Of a stretch of DNA of 59,606 nt, positions 41,310 through 52,095 are shown piece after piece. This DNA comes from Alphaproteobacteria bacterium (GTDB lineage: Bacteria > Pseudomonadota > Alphaproteobacteria > Rickettsiales > UBA8987). The position numbers were made by a program, and so were the translations under genes. The notes under the pieces are model-generated. The model did no database searches. It saw only the letters and a program-made list of their open reading frames with translations, and had not been told where the DNA came from. The stretch's first letter is position 1, and every line of letters begins with the position of its first letter. The stretch covers positions 1-59,606 of the forward strand of contig JAUIEX010000004.1 in assembly GCA_030429725.1 (NCBI GenBank). Reading direction: 5' to 3'.

Positions 41310-42544
41310 CTTAATTGCGCAGCCGGAGCGGGTGGCAGAAGTCTGTCCGCCCGGGTGATGGCGCCGCCGCCTCCGGCGGGTTCGTTTGCCGAAACATTCG
41401 TACTCTTTTGCTCAGCACGGAATTTTTCCACCAGACGGTTGAACTGCTTGGTAACGGATGCTTCCATTGTAAAATGCTTCTTGAATCCCCAATCATTTTC
41501 TGAGCGGGAAACATCCAATTTCTTGGCCCATTCCTTGGTAAAACTCGTCTTTTTAGTGTCCAAGTGGTAATAGTCATCAATACTAAAGGTTTTAGCTTTA
41601 TCACCCATTAAAGGAGTCAAAACTTTCATGATATCCATCATTGATGCATTATATTCCGACAAATTATAATTAGATGCTAGATCACTAATTTTATTAGCGG
41701 GGGTATGTAAGAATCGAATAGTCTCAAGCCCAACGCTATCACCATCAATCATCGGAAAAGATGCCATTGCCGGTATCTTTGATTCAAATACCCCATCATT
41801 TGAATATCCAAGTTTTGTGCCCTCTTTTCCACCTTTCACATAATATTCAGCGACTGCGACGATCAGCCGATCCAGCTCCTCTGTGGTGCCATCACTGGGT
41901 GGCACATGGCAGGTCAAAACCCCACCATAACGCAGGCAGGTTGCCAAAAATTTATCCGCAGTCTGATTAATACTCCTAAATGAAGCTTCCACCGCAGCTT
42001 TAGCAATACCGTAAAACCCTTTTGGCTTGGTTGGTGCATAAATACCTGCCTCGTCCAATTGCGTATCCTGACCAATCACCGCCATGGAACTTGGCATGAA
42101 GAAACGCCGAACTCCAAGTTCTTTGGAGATTTCAGCCATTTTAATGGGAGCTTTTTCATTGATTTCCCTTCCAAGCTCCGGAAATTTCTCCGCCGCGCCG
42201 GAAAGGAGGGCCGCCAGGTTGATGACCACTTTGGCGTTATTGTCATTAATGCCGTTACTCACCATTGTTTCATCGGTGATGTCCAGCATCTCGATGCCTT
42301 GTTCTTTGAGCGCCGCCACGCGCGCTTCGCGGCCTGGCGCGCCTTTGGGCACCCAATCCGTCAGCTTCACCTGATCGCCATACATCTGCTTCAACATCGG
42401 CACCAGATATTGCGCCACCTGCCCGTTGGCACCGGTCACTAAAATAGTTTCCGGCTTTTCCTCACCCGGCTTTACAGGTGCAACCAAGTCGCCATATTGC
42501 TGTTGGATTTCTTTAAGTTTTGTCTGTGTATCAATCGCGTTCAT
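41306..42544 (-). CDS. NAD-dependent epimerase/L-threonine dehydrogenase-like SDR with extra N- and C-terminal extensions
   Basis: TGANGQV, LAALLSG..E, PSSMAV, YGIAK and GTT motifs. Confidence 0.8.
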   Translation of the reverse strand: MNAIDTQTKLKEIQQQYGDLVAPVKPGEEKPETILVTGANGQVAQYLVPMLKQMYGDQVKLTDWVPKGAPGREARVAALKEQGIEMLDITDETMVSNGINDNNAKVVINLAALLSGAAEKFPELGREINEKAPIKMAEISKELGVRRFFMPSSMAVIGQDTQLDEAGIYAPTKPKGFYGIAKAAVEASFRSINQTADKFLATCLRYGGVLTCHVPPSDGTTEELDRLIVAVAEYYVKGGKEGTKLGYSNDGVFESKIPAMASFPMIDGDSVGLETIRFLHTPANKISDLASNYNLSEYNASMMDIMKVLTPLMGDKAKTFSIDDYYHLDTKKTSFTKEWAKKLDVSRSENDWGFKKHFTMEASVTKQFNRLVEKFRAEQKSTNVSANEPAGGGGAITRADRLLPPAPAAQLS

Positions 42545-42550
42545 CCACAC

Positions 42551-42582
42551 AGGTTAGCAGCAAAAGGTTAATGAAAGCTTTG
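42551..42582 (-). promoter_or_regulatory. CtrA-type half site plus -10, leaderless-like
   Basis: CAAA-N7-TTAAC; 11 nt after TTAA, TAACCT, 6 nt, ATG. Confidence 0.55.
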
Positions 42583-42591
42583 TGAGAAGCG

Positions 42592-43524
42592 TTAAAGCTG
42601 TTGCATCATTTCCGGCACGGCGGTGAAGAGGTCTGCTACCAAACCATAATCCGCCACCTCGAAGATGGGTGCGTTTTCATCCTTATTGATGGCCACAATC
42701 ACCTTGCTGCCTTTCATGCCCGCCAGATGCTGGATGGCGCCGGAAAGGCCAATGGCGATGTATAAATCCGGCGCGACCACTTTGCCGGTTTGCCCCACCT
42801 GCCAGTCATTGGGGGCATAGCCGGAATCCACCGCCGCGCGGGAAGCGCCCACGGCGCCGCCCAATTTATCGGCTAAGTCCTCGATAATCTTGAAATCTTC
42901 CTTGCTGCCAACCCCGCGCCCGCCGGAAACCACAATGGAAGCCGCGGTCAGGTCGGGCTTATCGCCGCCGGTGGTGGCCAGATTCACAAATTCGGAAAGG
43001 CCCGCATCGCCGGCGCCGGCGCGGCTTTCCACCGCCGCGTTGCCGCCGTCGGCGCATTTATCGAAGGTGGAGGTGCGCACGGTGATCACCTTCACCGCGT
43101 CGGAGGATTGCACCGTGGCCAGCGCATTGCCGGCATAGATCGGGCGCACGAAGGTATCGGCAGTTTCCACTCTGATAATGTCGGAAATCTGCTGCACGTC
43201 CAGCGCCACGGCCACGCGCGGCATAAAATCCTTCCCGAAAGCCGTTGCCGGCGCCAGCACATGGGAATAGCCGCCTTCTTTGGCCACAGCCACCGTGAGC
43301 GGCGCCAGATTTTCCGCCAGATAGTCCTTATACACCCCATCATCCACGGTGATGACCTTCGCCACGCCGTCCAGCGTTCTGGCGGCATCCGCCACGCTGC
43401 CAATGCCCTGCCCGGCCACCAGCACGTGAATCTCCCCGCCGATTTCCTTCGCGGCGGTAACCACCGGCCGCACATTGTGCGAAAGCTTTCCTTCATGATG
43501 TTCAGCAATGATCAAAATACTCAT
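42592..43524 (-). CDS. etfA: Electron transfer flavoprotein alpha subunit
   Basis: [21 protein letters not shown] and [10 protein letters not shown]. Confidence 0.96.
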   Translation of the reverse strand: MSILIIAEHHEGKLSHNVRPVVTAAKEIGGEIHVLVAGQGIGSVADAARTLDGVAKVITVDDGVYKDYLAENLAPLTVAVAKEGGYSHVLAPATAFGKDFMPRVAVALDVQQISDIIRVETADTFVRPIYAGNALATVQSSDAVKVITVRTSTFDKCADGGNAAVESRAGAGDAGLSEFVNLATTGGDKPDLTAASIVVSGGRGVGSKEDFKIIEDLADKLGGAVGASRAAVDSGYAPNDWQVGQTGKVVAPDLYIAIGLSGAIQHLAGMKGSKVIVAINKDENAPIFEVADYGLVADLFTAVPEMMQQL

Positions 43525-43541
43525 TTTCTTCTCCTCTTTTT

Positions 43542-43624
43542 GTCATTCCCGCGCAGGCGGGAATCCAGTCTTTATTTTCTGGATTCCGGGTCTGATCCTC
43601 GCTGTTGCTCGGGCCCGGAATGAC
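43542..43624. repeat. Intergenic palindromic element (family E) with a dRS3-like core
   Basis: GTCATTCCCGCGCAGGCGGGAATCCAG...CTGGATTCCGGG...CCCGGAATGAC; contains ATTCCC-N8-GGGAAT. Confidence 0.85.
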
Positions 43625-43636
43625 ACTAGTGATATG

Positions 43637-44386
43637 TTAAAGCACCTTCGCCTCGTTCTTTAATTTATCCAGTAGTTCCGCCACATCGGCCACTTTGATG
43701 CCGCCGGCACGCTTGGGCGGCTCCTGCACTTTGAGCGTTTTCAGGCGCGGGGTGATATCCACGCCATAATCACCCGGTGCTTTCTTAGTCACGGGCTTAC
43801 TGCGTGCCTTCATGATTTCCGGCAGTTTGACATAGCGCGGCTCATTCAAACGCAGATCGGTCGTCACCACGGCGGGCATGTTGATTTTGATGGTGCTTAA
43901 ACCGCCATCCACCTCCCGCGTTACGGTGGCTTTATCGCCCTCAATCACTAATTTGGAGGCAAAGGTTGCCTGCGGCCAGCCTAAAAGCGCGGCCAGCATC
44001 TGCCCGGTCTGGTTGGCGTCATCATCAATGGCCTGCTTGCCCATAATCACCAGCCCCGGCGCTTCCTCCGCCACCAGTTTGGCCAGCAACTTGGCGGCGC
44101 CCAGAGGCTGAATTTCACTGTCACTAAGAATATGAATGCCGGAATCCGCGCCCATCGCCAGGCCGGTGCGTAAGATATCCTCGCATTTGGCCTCACCCAT
44201 CGTCACCAGCACCACTTCCGTGGCCTTGCCGGCCTCTTTCAGGCGGATGGCCTCTTCCACCGCGATCTCATCAAACGGGTTCATCGACATTTTCACATTG
44301 GCCGTTTCCACTCCGGTTTCATCGGCCTTCACGCGCACTTTCACGTTATAATCAATCACGCGCTTCACGGGTACGAGTATCTTTAT
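43637..44386 (-). CDS. etfB: Electron transfer flavoprotein beta subunit (apparent ATA start)
   Basis: [35 protein letters not shown] and DLRLNEPRY. Confidence 0.94.
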   Translation of the reverse strand: MKILVPVKRVIDYNVKVRVKADETGVETANVKMSMNPFDEIAVEEAIRLKEAGKATEVVLVTMGEAKCEDILRTGLAMGADSGIHILSDSEIQPLGAAKLLAKLVAEEAPGLVIMGKQAIDDDANQTGQMLAALLGWPQATFASKLVIEGDKATVTREVDGGLSTIKINMPAVVTTDLRLNEPRYVKLPEIMKARSKPVTKKAPGDYGVDITPRLKTLKVQEPPKRAGGIKVADVAELLDKLKNEAKVL

Positions 44387-44502
44387 GACGCCCTCCAAAA
44401 GTTAATTTTTTAACTTTGTCAGTCTATCAGACACAAATCGGTATTTCCACCCCGTATGAAAACAGAGCACTAAAAACAGAACTAAAACACACCGGCCTGT
44501 GC

Positions 44503-44688
44503 CTAATTTGTAGAGAAAAACAACACCAGCGTAAACACGGCCAGCGCCTGAAACACAACGCGCATCACCATCAGCTTGTTGCTGAACTTCTGGTTCACCT
44601 TGCCGCCGGTGGCCATCAGCACCACGCCGGCAATCACCATCAGCAAGGCTAATGCCATAAAAATTCCGATAATCACCATGGGTGCCAT
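44503..44688 (-). CDS. Twin-transmembrane small protein (HIG1-like)
   Basis: GG..N.KFSNKLM.MRV.FQA pattern; GGAGG RBS; typical neighbour of etfB. Confidence 0.82.
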   Translation of the reverse strand: MAPMVIIGIFMALALLMVIAGVVLMATGGKVNQKFSNKLMVMRVVFQALAVFTLVLFFSTN

Positions 44689-44811
44689 ACGCCACCTCCC
44701 CTGCTTTCTTCTTAGCGCGGCCTGCGGCATAACTAAACCTAAAAATTCAAGATACTGCTTGCTTTTTCCGGTTTTTTAGCGTAGTCAGGCCGTCCCGCAA
44801 TGAAGCGGTAA

Positions 44812-44940
44812 ATCACACACGGGATGCGCTTAAGCCGCCCTTGAAGAATTTCTTCTTCGGTCGTTTCGGCACTCGGTGGTGGGTTGATAATGAGGGCAAG
44901 CCTCTGTTTAATCTCATCTTTTCCCGTGGAGGCAGAACCG
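44812..44940 (+). ncRNA. rpsB 5' leader (t44-like S2 autoregulatory structure)
   Basis: CACACACGGG...CCCGTGGAGGC..AACC pairing pattern immediately upstream of rpsB. Confidence 0.6.
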
Positions 44941-44954
44941 AAAAGGAGAAAACG

Positions 44955-45839
44955 ATGTCTGCAATTCCTAAATTTACGATGAAAGACCTGCTGGATGCCG
45001 GCGTGCATTACGGCCATAAAACCATGCGCTGGAACCCCGCCATGGCGCCTTATATTTACGGCGAAAAAAATAATATTCACATCATCAACCTGCAAACCAC
45101 CGTGCCCTTGATGCACCGTGCGCTGAAAGCCATCCGCGAAGTGGGTGAGAAAAATGGCCGCATCCTGTTTGTGGGCACGAAGCGTCAGGCTTCCGATATT
45201 GTTGCGGAAACGGCAAAAAGCTGTGGCCAGTATTATGTCAATCACCGTTGGTTGGGTGGCATGTTGACCAACTGGAACACCGTTTCTAAATCCATCAAAA
45301 CATTGTCGGATTATCAGGACTTGCTGAAAAATGACGATGTTGCTTTAAACAAAAAAGAACGCCTGCAGATTCAGCGTAAAATCGATAAGCTGGAGGCCAC
45401 ATTGGGTGGAATTAAGAACATGGCCGGTACGCCGGATCTGATTTTTATCATTGATACCAACAAAGAACATATTGCCGTGAAAGAAGCCAATCAGCTTGGT
45501 ATTCCGGTGGTGGCCGTGCTGGATACGAATTCCAGCCCCGAAGGTGTTGATCTGCCGATCCCCGGCAATGATGATGCCATGCGCTCCATCCAGCTTTATT
45601 GCGATCTGGCTGCTCAGGCTGTTCTTGGCGGCATGCAAACGGCATTGGGTGGTGGCAAAGCCGCCAATGACGATGCCGTTGCTGCGCAGGAAAAAGCCGC
45701 AGCAGAAGAAGCCGCCAAGGCGGAAGAAGCTGCTAAAGATGATGGCGTTAAAGTAGAAACGAAGAAAACCCGCACCGTGAAAAAAGATGCGGAAAAAGCA
45801 CAGGACGCTAAAGATAATAAAGAAGCTTCCGCCGCTTAA
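44955..45839 (+). CDS. rpsB: 30S ribosomal protein S2
   Basis: [21 protein letters not shown] and PGNDDA. Confidence 0.97.
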   Translation: MSAIPKFTMKDLLDAGVHYGHKTMRWNPAMAPYIYGEKNNIHIINLQTTVPLMHRALKAIREVGEKNGRILFVGTKRQASDIVAETAKSCGQYYVNHRWLGGMLTNWNTVSKSIKTLSDYQDLLKNDDVALNKKERLQIQRKIDKLEATLGGIKNMAGTPDLIFIIDTNKEHIAVKEANQLGIPVVAVLDTNSSPEGVDLPIPGNDDAMRSIQLYCDLAAQAVLGGMQTALGGGKAANDDAVAAQEKAAAEEAAKAEEAAKDDGVKVETKKTRTVKKDAEKAQDAKDNKEASAA

Positions 45840-45932
45840 ACCTCAACCGTAAGAAGCAGGGGTTGATCTTGCATCACTCCTGCTTATCTCACTTAAACAA
45901 TTGATAGATTAAAATAAAGACAGGAGAAACCC

Positions 45933-46835
45933 ATGGCAATTTCAGCAAGTGATGTAAAACGCCTTCGCGAAGAAACCGGCGCAGGCATGATGGATTGTAA
46001 AAAAGCACTCGAAGAAAATAACGGTGATTATGAAAACTCTAAAGACTGGCTGCGTGAAAAAGGCATCGCCGGTGCGGCTAAGAAAGCCAGCCGTGTGGCG
46101 GCCGAAGGGCTGGTGGGCGTGAAGGTGAAGGGCAATCAGGGTGTGCTGGTTGAACTGAACTCTGAAACCGATTTCGTCGCTAAAAATGAGCAATTCCAAA
46201 AGCTGCTGGACAGCGTGCTGGATCAGGCGCTGGAAGTGAATGGTGATTATGATGCGCTGAAGGAAAAAACAGCGGGTCAGATCACCGATGCCGTTGCCAC
46301 CATCCGTGAAAACATGTCCCTGCGTCGCAGCACGCAAGTTGCTGTGAATAAGGGCATTATCGGTGCTTATATCCATAATCAGCAAGCCGCCGGTCTGGGT
46401 CAGATCGGTGTGCTGGTGGCGCTGGAATCCGATGCGCCGGCCGAGAAGCTGGAGCCGGTTGCCAAGCAGCTGGCCATGCATGTGGCCGCCGCCAAGCCAA
46501 CGGCTCTTTCACGCGATGAGGTGGATTCCTCCGAGCTGGATCGTGAGCGTAAAATTTTCAGTGAGCAGGCCAAAGCCTCCGGCAAGCCGGAAGAAATCAT
46601 CGCCAAGATGGTTGAAGGCCGTATCCGCAAATATTACGAAGAAGTGGTGCTTCCGGAGCAGACTTTTGTGATTGACGGTAAAACCAAAATTTCCGACTTT
46701 ATTGAGGCTGCCGCCAAGGAAGCCGGTGCTGCCATCACCCTCAAAGCATTTGTCCAATACACGCTGGGCGAAGGCATTGAGAAGGAAGAAACCGATTTCG
46801 CCGCTGAGGTTCAAGCGGCTGCCTCCGCAGCTTAA
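45933..46835 (+). CDS. tsf: Elongation factor Ts
   Basis: LREETGAGMMDCKKAL, NSETDFVAKN and GEGIEK. Confidence 0.97.
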   Translation: MAISASDVKRLREETGAGMMDCKKALEENNGDYENSKDWLREKGIAGAAKKASRVAAEGLVGVKVKGNQGVLVELNSETDFVAKNEQFQKLLDSVLDQALEVNGDYDALKEKTAGQITDAVATIRENMSLRRSTQVAVNKGIIGAYIHNQQAAGLGQIGVLVALESDAPAEKLEPVAKQLAMHVAAAKPTALSRDEVDSSELDRERKIFSEQAKASGKPEEIIAKMVEGRIRKYYEEVVLPEQTFVIDGKTKISDFIEAAAKEAGAAITLKAFVQYTLGEGIEKEETDFAAEVQAAASAA

Positions 46836-46881
46836 AACCTCTCTTTTATCGGGCTGCGGGTCGGTCAGATAAGGCACTAAG

Positions 46882-46916
46882 AAAACCCGCCAACTTCACT
46901 GTTGGTGGGTTTTTTT
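46882..46916 (+). terminator. Intrinsic terminator after tsf
   Basis: AAAACCCGCCAAC...GTTGGTGGGTTTTTT. Confidence 0.8.
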
Positions 46917-47820
46917 ATTTCTGCACCGGCTTTTTCTGGACGCGGCCATCCCGCATATAGGAAAGCAGGGCGGCGCCCAGAATCATCCCGCCGCCGACCA
47001 ATGTCCAGAACTGAATGATTTCGTCAAACAACATTGCCGCCAGCAGGGATGTAAACAGCAGGTTCAGAAAGCTGAAGGGCAACACGGTGGTGATCGCCGC
47101 GCCGGTGAAAGCCTTCGTCACCGCATATTGCTGTAACGCCACTGCTGCCCCAAGCCCAAGCAAAAACGGCAGATGTGCCAATGCCACTTCCTGCCAGAAA
47201 TAGAGCGCGCAGGGCAAGGTGGCCAACGCCGTCAGCCACAGCATCACAAATGTGATCTGCGCCGGATGTTCCGTTTGCATCATCTTGCGAATCAAAATAC
47301 CACAATTAGCAAAGCAGAAGCTGGCGCCCAGCATCAGCATCACGCCCAGCCCAAACTGCCCGCTGCCCGGCTGGGCAATCACAATCACTCCGATGCTTCC
47401 CAGCAGCAGCGCCACATAATTCTGCCAATGCGGGCGCTCGCCCAGCCGGATAATAGCCAGCACGGAAACCATCAGCGGTGTAACAAATGCCAGCGCCGCC
47501 AGCATCGGCAGCGGCACAATTGCCATGACCAGAAAGAACAGGGTGAAACCAATCGTTTCCAGCAGGGAGCGCACCATAAAACGCCGCTTCTGCTGCCCAA
47601 GGCTAAACCGCAAAGGCCAGCTGCGCCGGCCGAGCAAATGCCGCACACAGGCCAGTGCGCCATAGGCCAGCAAACCGAAAATATTGTAGAAAAACACCAT
47701 CTGCATGGCGTGAAAATCCGGCCGCAACTGCCGGCCAAAGCCATTGACCAGCGCTGCACCCAGCATGGCCAGCACCATCCAGCCAATGGCCATACGCGCT
47801 GAAATCTGTGGGTTCATCAT
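46915..47820 (-). CDS. DMT/EamA family transporter
   Basis: About 10 TM segments with two EamA-like repeats (LGE, FDE). Confidence 0.88.
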   Translation of the reverse strand: MMNPQISARMAIGWMVLAMLGAALVNGFGRQLRPDFHAMQMVFFYNIFGLLAYGALACVRHLLGRRSWPLRFSLGQQKRRFMVRSLLETIGFTLFFLVMAIVPLPMLAALAFVTPLMVSVLAIIRLGERPHWQNYVALLLGSIGVIVIAQPGSGQFGLGVMLMLGASFCFANCGILIRKMMQTEHPAQITFVMLWLTALATLPCALYFWQEVALAHLPFLLGLGAAVALQQYAVTKAFTGAAITTVLPFSFLNLLFTSLLAAMLFDEIIQFWTLVGGGMILGAALLSYMRDGRVQKKPVQK

Positions 47821-47876
47821 GGGGGGTTTAACTGTCTTTTGGATAGCTTTTTAACCACAACAATCCGCCTTCAAAC

Positions 47877-48497
47877 TCAGCCATCCAGACCGTCACCCGC
47901 CAGATAGTTGACCAGACGGAAGCGAATATCCTGCGCCATCTCTTTTAAGATGCGGTTATTCGTATCCTGCTCGGCGGCGTAGGTGGCAAAATCGGAAGTG
48001 TCCGCCGCATCAAAACTGCCGATGATCTGGCTGCGGTCGCGCCACACCACCTCCCCATTGCTGATATCCACCAGCGCAAGGCTTGCATCAACCGTCAGGC
48101 TGAAACGCGTCACTTCCCGATCCTGCTGAATATTCAGCTCCTGCCGCTGGCGGGAAAGATCAATCCGCAATTCATGCGTTTTCGCTTCACCCTGTTTGAT
48201 CAGCAGATTTTCCAGCTCCGTCTTCAGCAACTGCCCGTCCCGCCCGGCGGGAATATTGGCCACACGCACTTTGGCCAACGCCGCCTGCACCGGCACGCTG
48301 ATGGCAGATTGCTCACTGTAAAGCGGGGTAAAGCCGCAGGAAGTGAGCAAGATACACAAGAACAGCGCCATAAAGAGAGGATATAGCTCCCCCCCATCGC
48401 ATCGGCGTGCTTCGCATGCGCCTCTGCGACTCCCCCACAGGTGGGGAGTTGAGCTAAACTCTGAACTCTGAACTCTGAACTCCGGACTCTGTCTCAT
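47877..48497 (-). CDS. lptE: LPS assembly lipoprotein LptE with a repeat insertion in the signal-peptide n-region
   Basis: Lipobox [13 protein letters not shown] overlaps the leuS TGA (ATGA); conserved leuS-lptE order. Confidence 0.85.
   Translation of the reverse strand: MRQSPEFRVQSSEFSSTPHLWGSRRGACEARRCDGGELYPLFMALFLCILLTSCGFTPLYSEQSAISVPVQAALAKVRVANIPAGRDGQLLKTELENLLIKQGEAKTHELRIDLSRQRQELNIQQDREVTRFSLTVDASLALVDISNGEVVWRDRSQIIGSFDAADTSDFATYAAEQDTNNRILKEMAQDIRFRLVNYLAGDGLDG
48385..48490. repeat. Family A right half + GAGCTAAA + (CTGAACT)n heptamers inside the lptE 5' end
   Basis: Same composite as 49576-49681. Confidence 0.88.
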
Positions 48498-51400
48498 GCT
48501 GCCACCACGTTAATAATTTTTCCCGGCACCACAATCACCTTGCGCACCTGTTTACCTTCAATGAACTTTAACACATTCTCATGAGAAAGTGCCTGTTTTT
48601 CTGCCTCTTCCTTATCCGTGCCCACCGCCATTTCCAGCGTGCCGCGCATTTTGCCGTTCACCTGCAGCGCCACCGTGACCGTCTCCTCCACCAGCAAATC
48701 AGGCAGGGCTTGCGGCCATGGCTGCCGGCAGAGCATTTCCGTGTGCCCCAATTGCTGCCAGCATTCCTCGGTGAGGTGCGGAATCATCGGGTGCAGGAGG
48801 GTGATGGCCACTTCTACGCCTTCGCGGAAAACGGCCTTGGAAGCACGCTGCTCCCGTGGCATTTTTTCCAGCGCATTGGTCAGCTCCCGCACCTTGGCCA
48901 CGGCTTTGTTATAACCGAAACGGTGCAGTTCCTGCGTCACATCGCGGATGGTGCGGTGAATCAGCTGATGCATTTCCAGCAAGCCACCGGCCAACCCCTG
49001 CAGCCAGTGTTTGCCATCCATCATGCCCAGCGGCTCCACCTCTTCCACCAACTTCCACAGCCGATCGAGATATTTGCGCGTGCCGGCCACGCCGGCATCG
49101 CTCCATTCCAGATCGCGCTCCGGCGGGGAGTCGGAGAGCATGAATAAACGCGCTGTATCGGCGCCGAAACGACCCATAATATCCTTCGGATTGACCGTGT
49201 TCAGCTTGGATTTTGACATTTTGATGGATGGGCCAGCTTTCACCGGTGCGCCCGCTTTTGTTTGGTAGCTGCCATCTCTCTGGCGGATGACCTCTTCCGG
49301 ATAAAGCCACTGGCCTGCCTCATTCTGATACGTCTCATGGCACACCATGCCCTGCGTCAACAGGGCTTTGAAAGGTTCTTTCACGTCCGTATAGCCGCAA
49401 CGGTTCAGCGCGCGGGTAAAGAACCGCGCATACAGCAGATGCAGCACCGCATGCTCAATCCCGCCAATATACTGATCCACTGGCATATAGGGTGAGGAGT
49501 AGCTCCCCCCTTGAGGGGGAGCGGACGAAGCCTCTTTTGAGGCTGAGTCGTGGGGGGGCGTTCCATCCCGCGATTGCCCCCCCACCGCATCATCTCCTAG
49601 CGCTTCGCGCTGAGGAGATTCTGCGACTCCCCCTCCAGGGGGGAGTTGAGCTAAATCCTGAACTCTGAACTCTGAACTCTGCCCCGCAAATGCCAGAAAA
49701 TACCAGCTGGATTCAAAGAACGTATCAAATGTGTCCGTCTCACGCGTGGCTTGTTTGCCGCATTGCGGGCAATCCACATCTTTCCATGTGGGATGCAGCA
49801 ATAGCGGGTTGCCCGTTTGCGTGCCGTCAATCACCACATCTTTGGGAAGGGTGACGGGCAATTGATCCTTCGGCACGGGCACTGCGCCACAATCCGCGCA
49901 GTGGATCACCGGAATCGGACAGCCCCAGTAACGCTGGCGGGAAATGCCCCAGTCCCGCAAACGGTAATTGGTTTGCCGTTTCCCGACACCAAGCGCCTCA
50001 AGCTTTTCAATGGCTGCTTGTTTCGCTTCCGAAACATTCATGCCATTCATAAAATCGGAGTTCACCAACACCCCATCCCCGGTGTAGGGCTCCTTTAACT
50101 GCTCCCGAGAAAGCCTACTGGCTTTCTCATGGAGCGCTGCTTCCGCAGGCTCAGGGCTGGGCTCGCCTGCTGGCTCGCTAACCTCTTCTCTTTTCTCTTC
50201 ACTCTTCACTCTTCGCTCTTCCGGCGCCACCACCTGTGTAATCGGCAGGCCATATTTGCTGGCGAAGGCAAAGTCGCGCTCATCATGCGCCGGGCAGGCA
50301 AAAATTGCGCCCGTGCCATAGCCCATCAGCACAAAATTGGCCACATAAACCGGCAGGGTGATGTTTGCATCCAGCGGATGCCGCACCCGCAAGCCTGTAT
50401 CAAAACCCTTCTTTTCAGCCTTATCAATCGCTTCCGTGGCGGTGCCCAGCGCAGCGCATTCAGCAATAAAATCCTGCAACTCTTTATTATCCTGCGCTAA
50501 TGCTTCCGCAAGCGGGTGCCCGGCGGCAATGCCAATGAAGGACGCCCCGAACAATGTTTCCGGCCGCGTGGTATAGACTTCGATATGATTATCCCCGTGA
50601 TGTTCTTCCTGAACATCACATGGGATGGCGCTTGCGCGCGCTGACGGCTCGGTCGGCCTACTGGCCTCCTTGGTATGATTATCTACGGGAAATTCTCCTG
50701 AATTTCCCATGAGACGATCCTTCGGATGCTCATGGCTGTGCTCGCCTACTGGCTTGCCTGCACCCTCACCTGAAAATGCTTCAGCATTTTCAGACTCTCC
50801 CATCAAGGGAGAGTGCTTATTACTCCCCACCTGTGGGGGAGTCGAGGAGTGGTCAGCGTTAGCGCCACGACTCGGTGGGGGGGAGCAAGCTGAACTCTCT
50901 ATCTGGAATCGCACCAAGGCACCTTCGGATTTGCCGATCCAGTTTTCCTGCATATGGCGCACACGCTCCGGCCATTCTTCCAGCTCACTTAAGCCCTGCA
51001 ACAGCGCTTCGGAAAAATCGGAAATACGCAAAAACCATTGCTGCAGCTTGCGCCGCTCCACAGGCGCGCCGCTGCGCCAGCCTTTACCGTCAATCACCTG
51101 TTCATTGGCCAGCACGGTCTGATCCACCGGATCCCAGTTCACTTCCGCCTCTTTGCGATAGGCCAGATCATTCGCCCAGAAATCCAGAAACATGGCCTGT
51201 TCCTGTGCATAATAATCCGGCAGGCAGGTGGCCAGCTCGCGCCGCCAGTCATAGGACAGGCCGATGGCTTTCAGTTCACCGCGCATTTCCGCGATATTGC
51301 CCAGCGTCCAGTCTTCCGGATGCAGGGGGTTATCCTGATTTTCCGGACGGGAATTATGGGCGATGGTGGCATTTTCCGCCGGCAGACCGAAGGCATCCCA

Positions 51401-51628
51401 GCCAATCGGGTGCAGCACATCAAAGCCCTGCATGCGTTTATGCCGCGCCACCACATCCCCCAGCGTATAATTCCGCACATGCCCCATATGGATTTTGCCG
51501 GAGGGATACGGGAACATTTCCAGCACATAATAAGGATTTTGTGGGTTATCCGGCGCGTGATGCACGCCGGCATCTTCCCATGCACGCTGCCATTTCGCTT
51601 CAATTATTTTGGGGTTATAATCACTCAT
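48494..51628 (-). CDS. leuS: Leucine--tRNA ligase with three in-frame repeat insertions
   Basis: [53 protein letters not shown] and KMSKS; 1044 aa from ATG 51628. Confidence 0.96.
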   Translation of the reverse strand: MSDYNPKIIEAKWQRAWEDAGVHHAPDNPQNPYYVLEMFPYPSGKIHMGHVRNYTLGDVVARHKRMQGFDVLHPIGWDAFGLPAENATIAHNSRPENQDNPLHPEDWTLGNIAEMRGELKAIGLSYDWRRELATCLPDYYAQEQAMFLDFWANDLAYRKEAEVNWDPVDQTVLANEQVIDGKGWRSGAPVERRKLQQWFLRISDFSEALLQGLSELEEWPERVRHMQENWIGKSEGALVRFQIESSACSPPPSRGANADHSSTPPQVGSNKHSPLMGESENAEAFSGEGAGKPVGEHSHEHPKDRLMGNSGEFPVDNHTKEASRPTEPSARASAIPCDVQEEHHGDNHIEVYTTRPETLFGASFIGIAAGHPLAEALAQDNKELQDFIAECAALGTATEAIDKAEKKGFDTGLRVRHPLDANITLPVYVANFVLMGYGTGAIFACPAHDERDFAFASKYGLPITQVVAPEERRVKSEEKREEVSEPAGEPSPEPAEAALHEKASRLSREQLKEPYTGDGVLVNSDFMNGMNVSEAKQAAIEKLEALGVGKRQTNYRLRDWGISRQRYWGCPIPVIHCADCGAVPVPKDQLPVTLPKDVVIDGTQTGNPLLLHPTWKDVDCPQCGKQATRETDTFDTFFESSWYFLAFAGQSSEFRVQDLAQLPPGGGVAESPQREALGDDAVGGQSRDGTPPHDSASKEASSAPPQGGSYSSPYMPVDQYIGGIEHAVLHLLYARFFTRALNRCGYTDVKEPFKALLTQGMVCHETYQNEAGQWLYPEEVIRQRDGSYQTKAGAPVKAGPSIKMSKSKLNTVNPKDIMGRFGADTARLFMLSDSPPERDLEWSDAGVAGTRKYLDRLWKLVEEVEPLGMMDGKHWLQGLAGGLLEMHQLIHRTIRDVTQELHRFGYNKAVAKVRELTNALEKMPREQRASKAVFREGVEVAITLLHPMIPHLTEECWQQLGHTEMLCRQPWPQALPDLLVEETVTVALQVNGKMRGTLEMAVGTDKEEAEKQALSHENVLKFIEGKQVRKVIVVPGKIINVVAA
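49501..49681. repeat. Family A complete copy (49501-49647) plus heptamer tail in leuS
   Basis: Termini identical to 463-597; lies antisense relative to how that copy lies in ileS. Confidence 0.93.
50101..50221 (+). repeat. Family B element (50101-50178) plus TTC(A/T)CTC heptamers in the leuS CP1 domain
   Basis: GAGAAAGCC-TACT-GGCTTTCTC and CTGC-TTCC-GCAG hairpins; encodes [41 protein letters not shown]. Confidence 0.9.
50584..50886. repeat. Stack of four elements in leuS: B (50594-50669), B (50686-50757), A left half (50762-50815), A right half (50821-50886)
   Basis: Each part aligns by eye to copies in ileS; 10-nt direct repeat TATGATTATC at 50584 and 50674. Confidence 0.9.
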
Positions 51629-51689
51629 AACGCTGTCTATACCCCTGCAACAGGGTTCTGACAACGGCTTGTCTTATGAAATGCGGCGC

Positions 51690-52016
51690 TTAAGCCAGCC
51701 CTTCCTGTGCGGCGCGTTGCTGCAGCGCCGCTTGCATGGCGTTTAACTCCGCCAGCGCGGCGGCTTTTTCCGCCCCCTCCGCCAGCGCTTCCAGCATTTT
51801 CGCCTGATTGGCAATGCTCACCAGCCCAAGATTATCGGCCGCGCCCTTCAGCTCATGCGCACCGGCCCGAAACGCCGCACTGCCCACAGGCTCCTGCCGC
51901 AGGGTGGTGATGGTGCGGTTCATCGTCTTCATCAGCAGCATAATCAACTCTCGCCCAAGTTCATTATCCCCATCGGTAATGCTGTGGAAACGGTTCATGT
52001 CATAACGATCCGGCAT
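51690..52016 (-). CDS. Hpt domain protein
   Basis: AHELKGAADNLG phosphotransfer motif. Confidence 0.88.
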   Translation of the reverse strand: MPDRYDMNRFHSITDGDNELGRELIMLLMKTMNRTITTLRQEPVGSAAFRAGAHELKGAADNLGLVSIANQAKMLEALAEGAEKAAALAELNAMQAALQQRAAQEGLA

Positions 52017-52095
52017 AGCTGGAAGCTACCGAAAACAGGGGGAAATGTCACTGATTTTTTCAATCAGCAGTTACCGGTCAGGCCATTTTGAAAGA

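Noticed and set aside
51627-51640. Possible family F end remnant (ATAACGCTGTCTA) at the leuS start
   Set aside because: Only a short partial match with no partner end.
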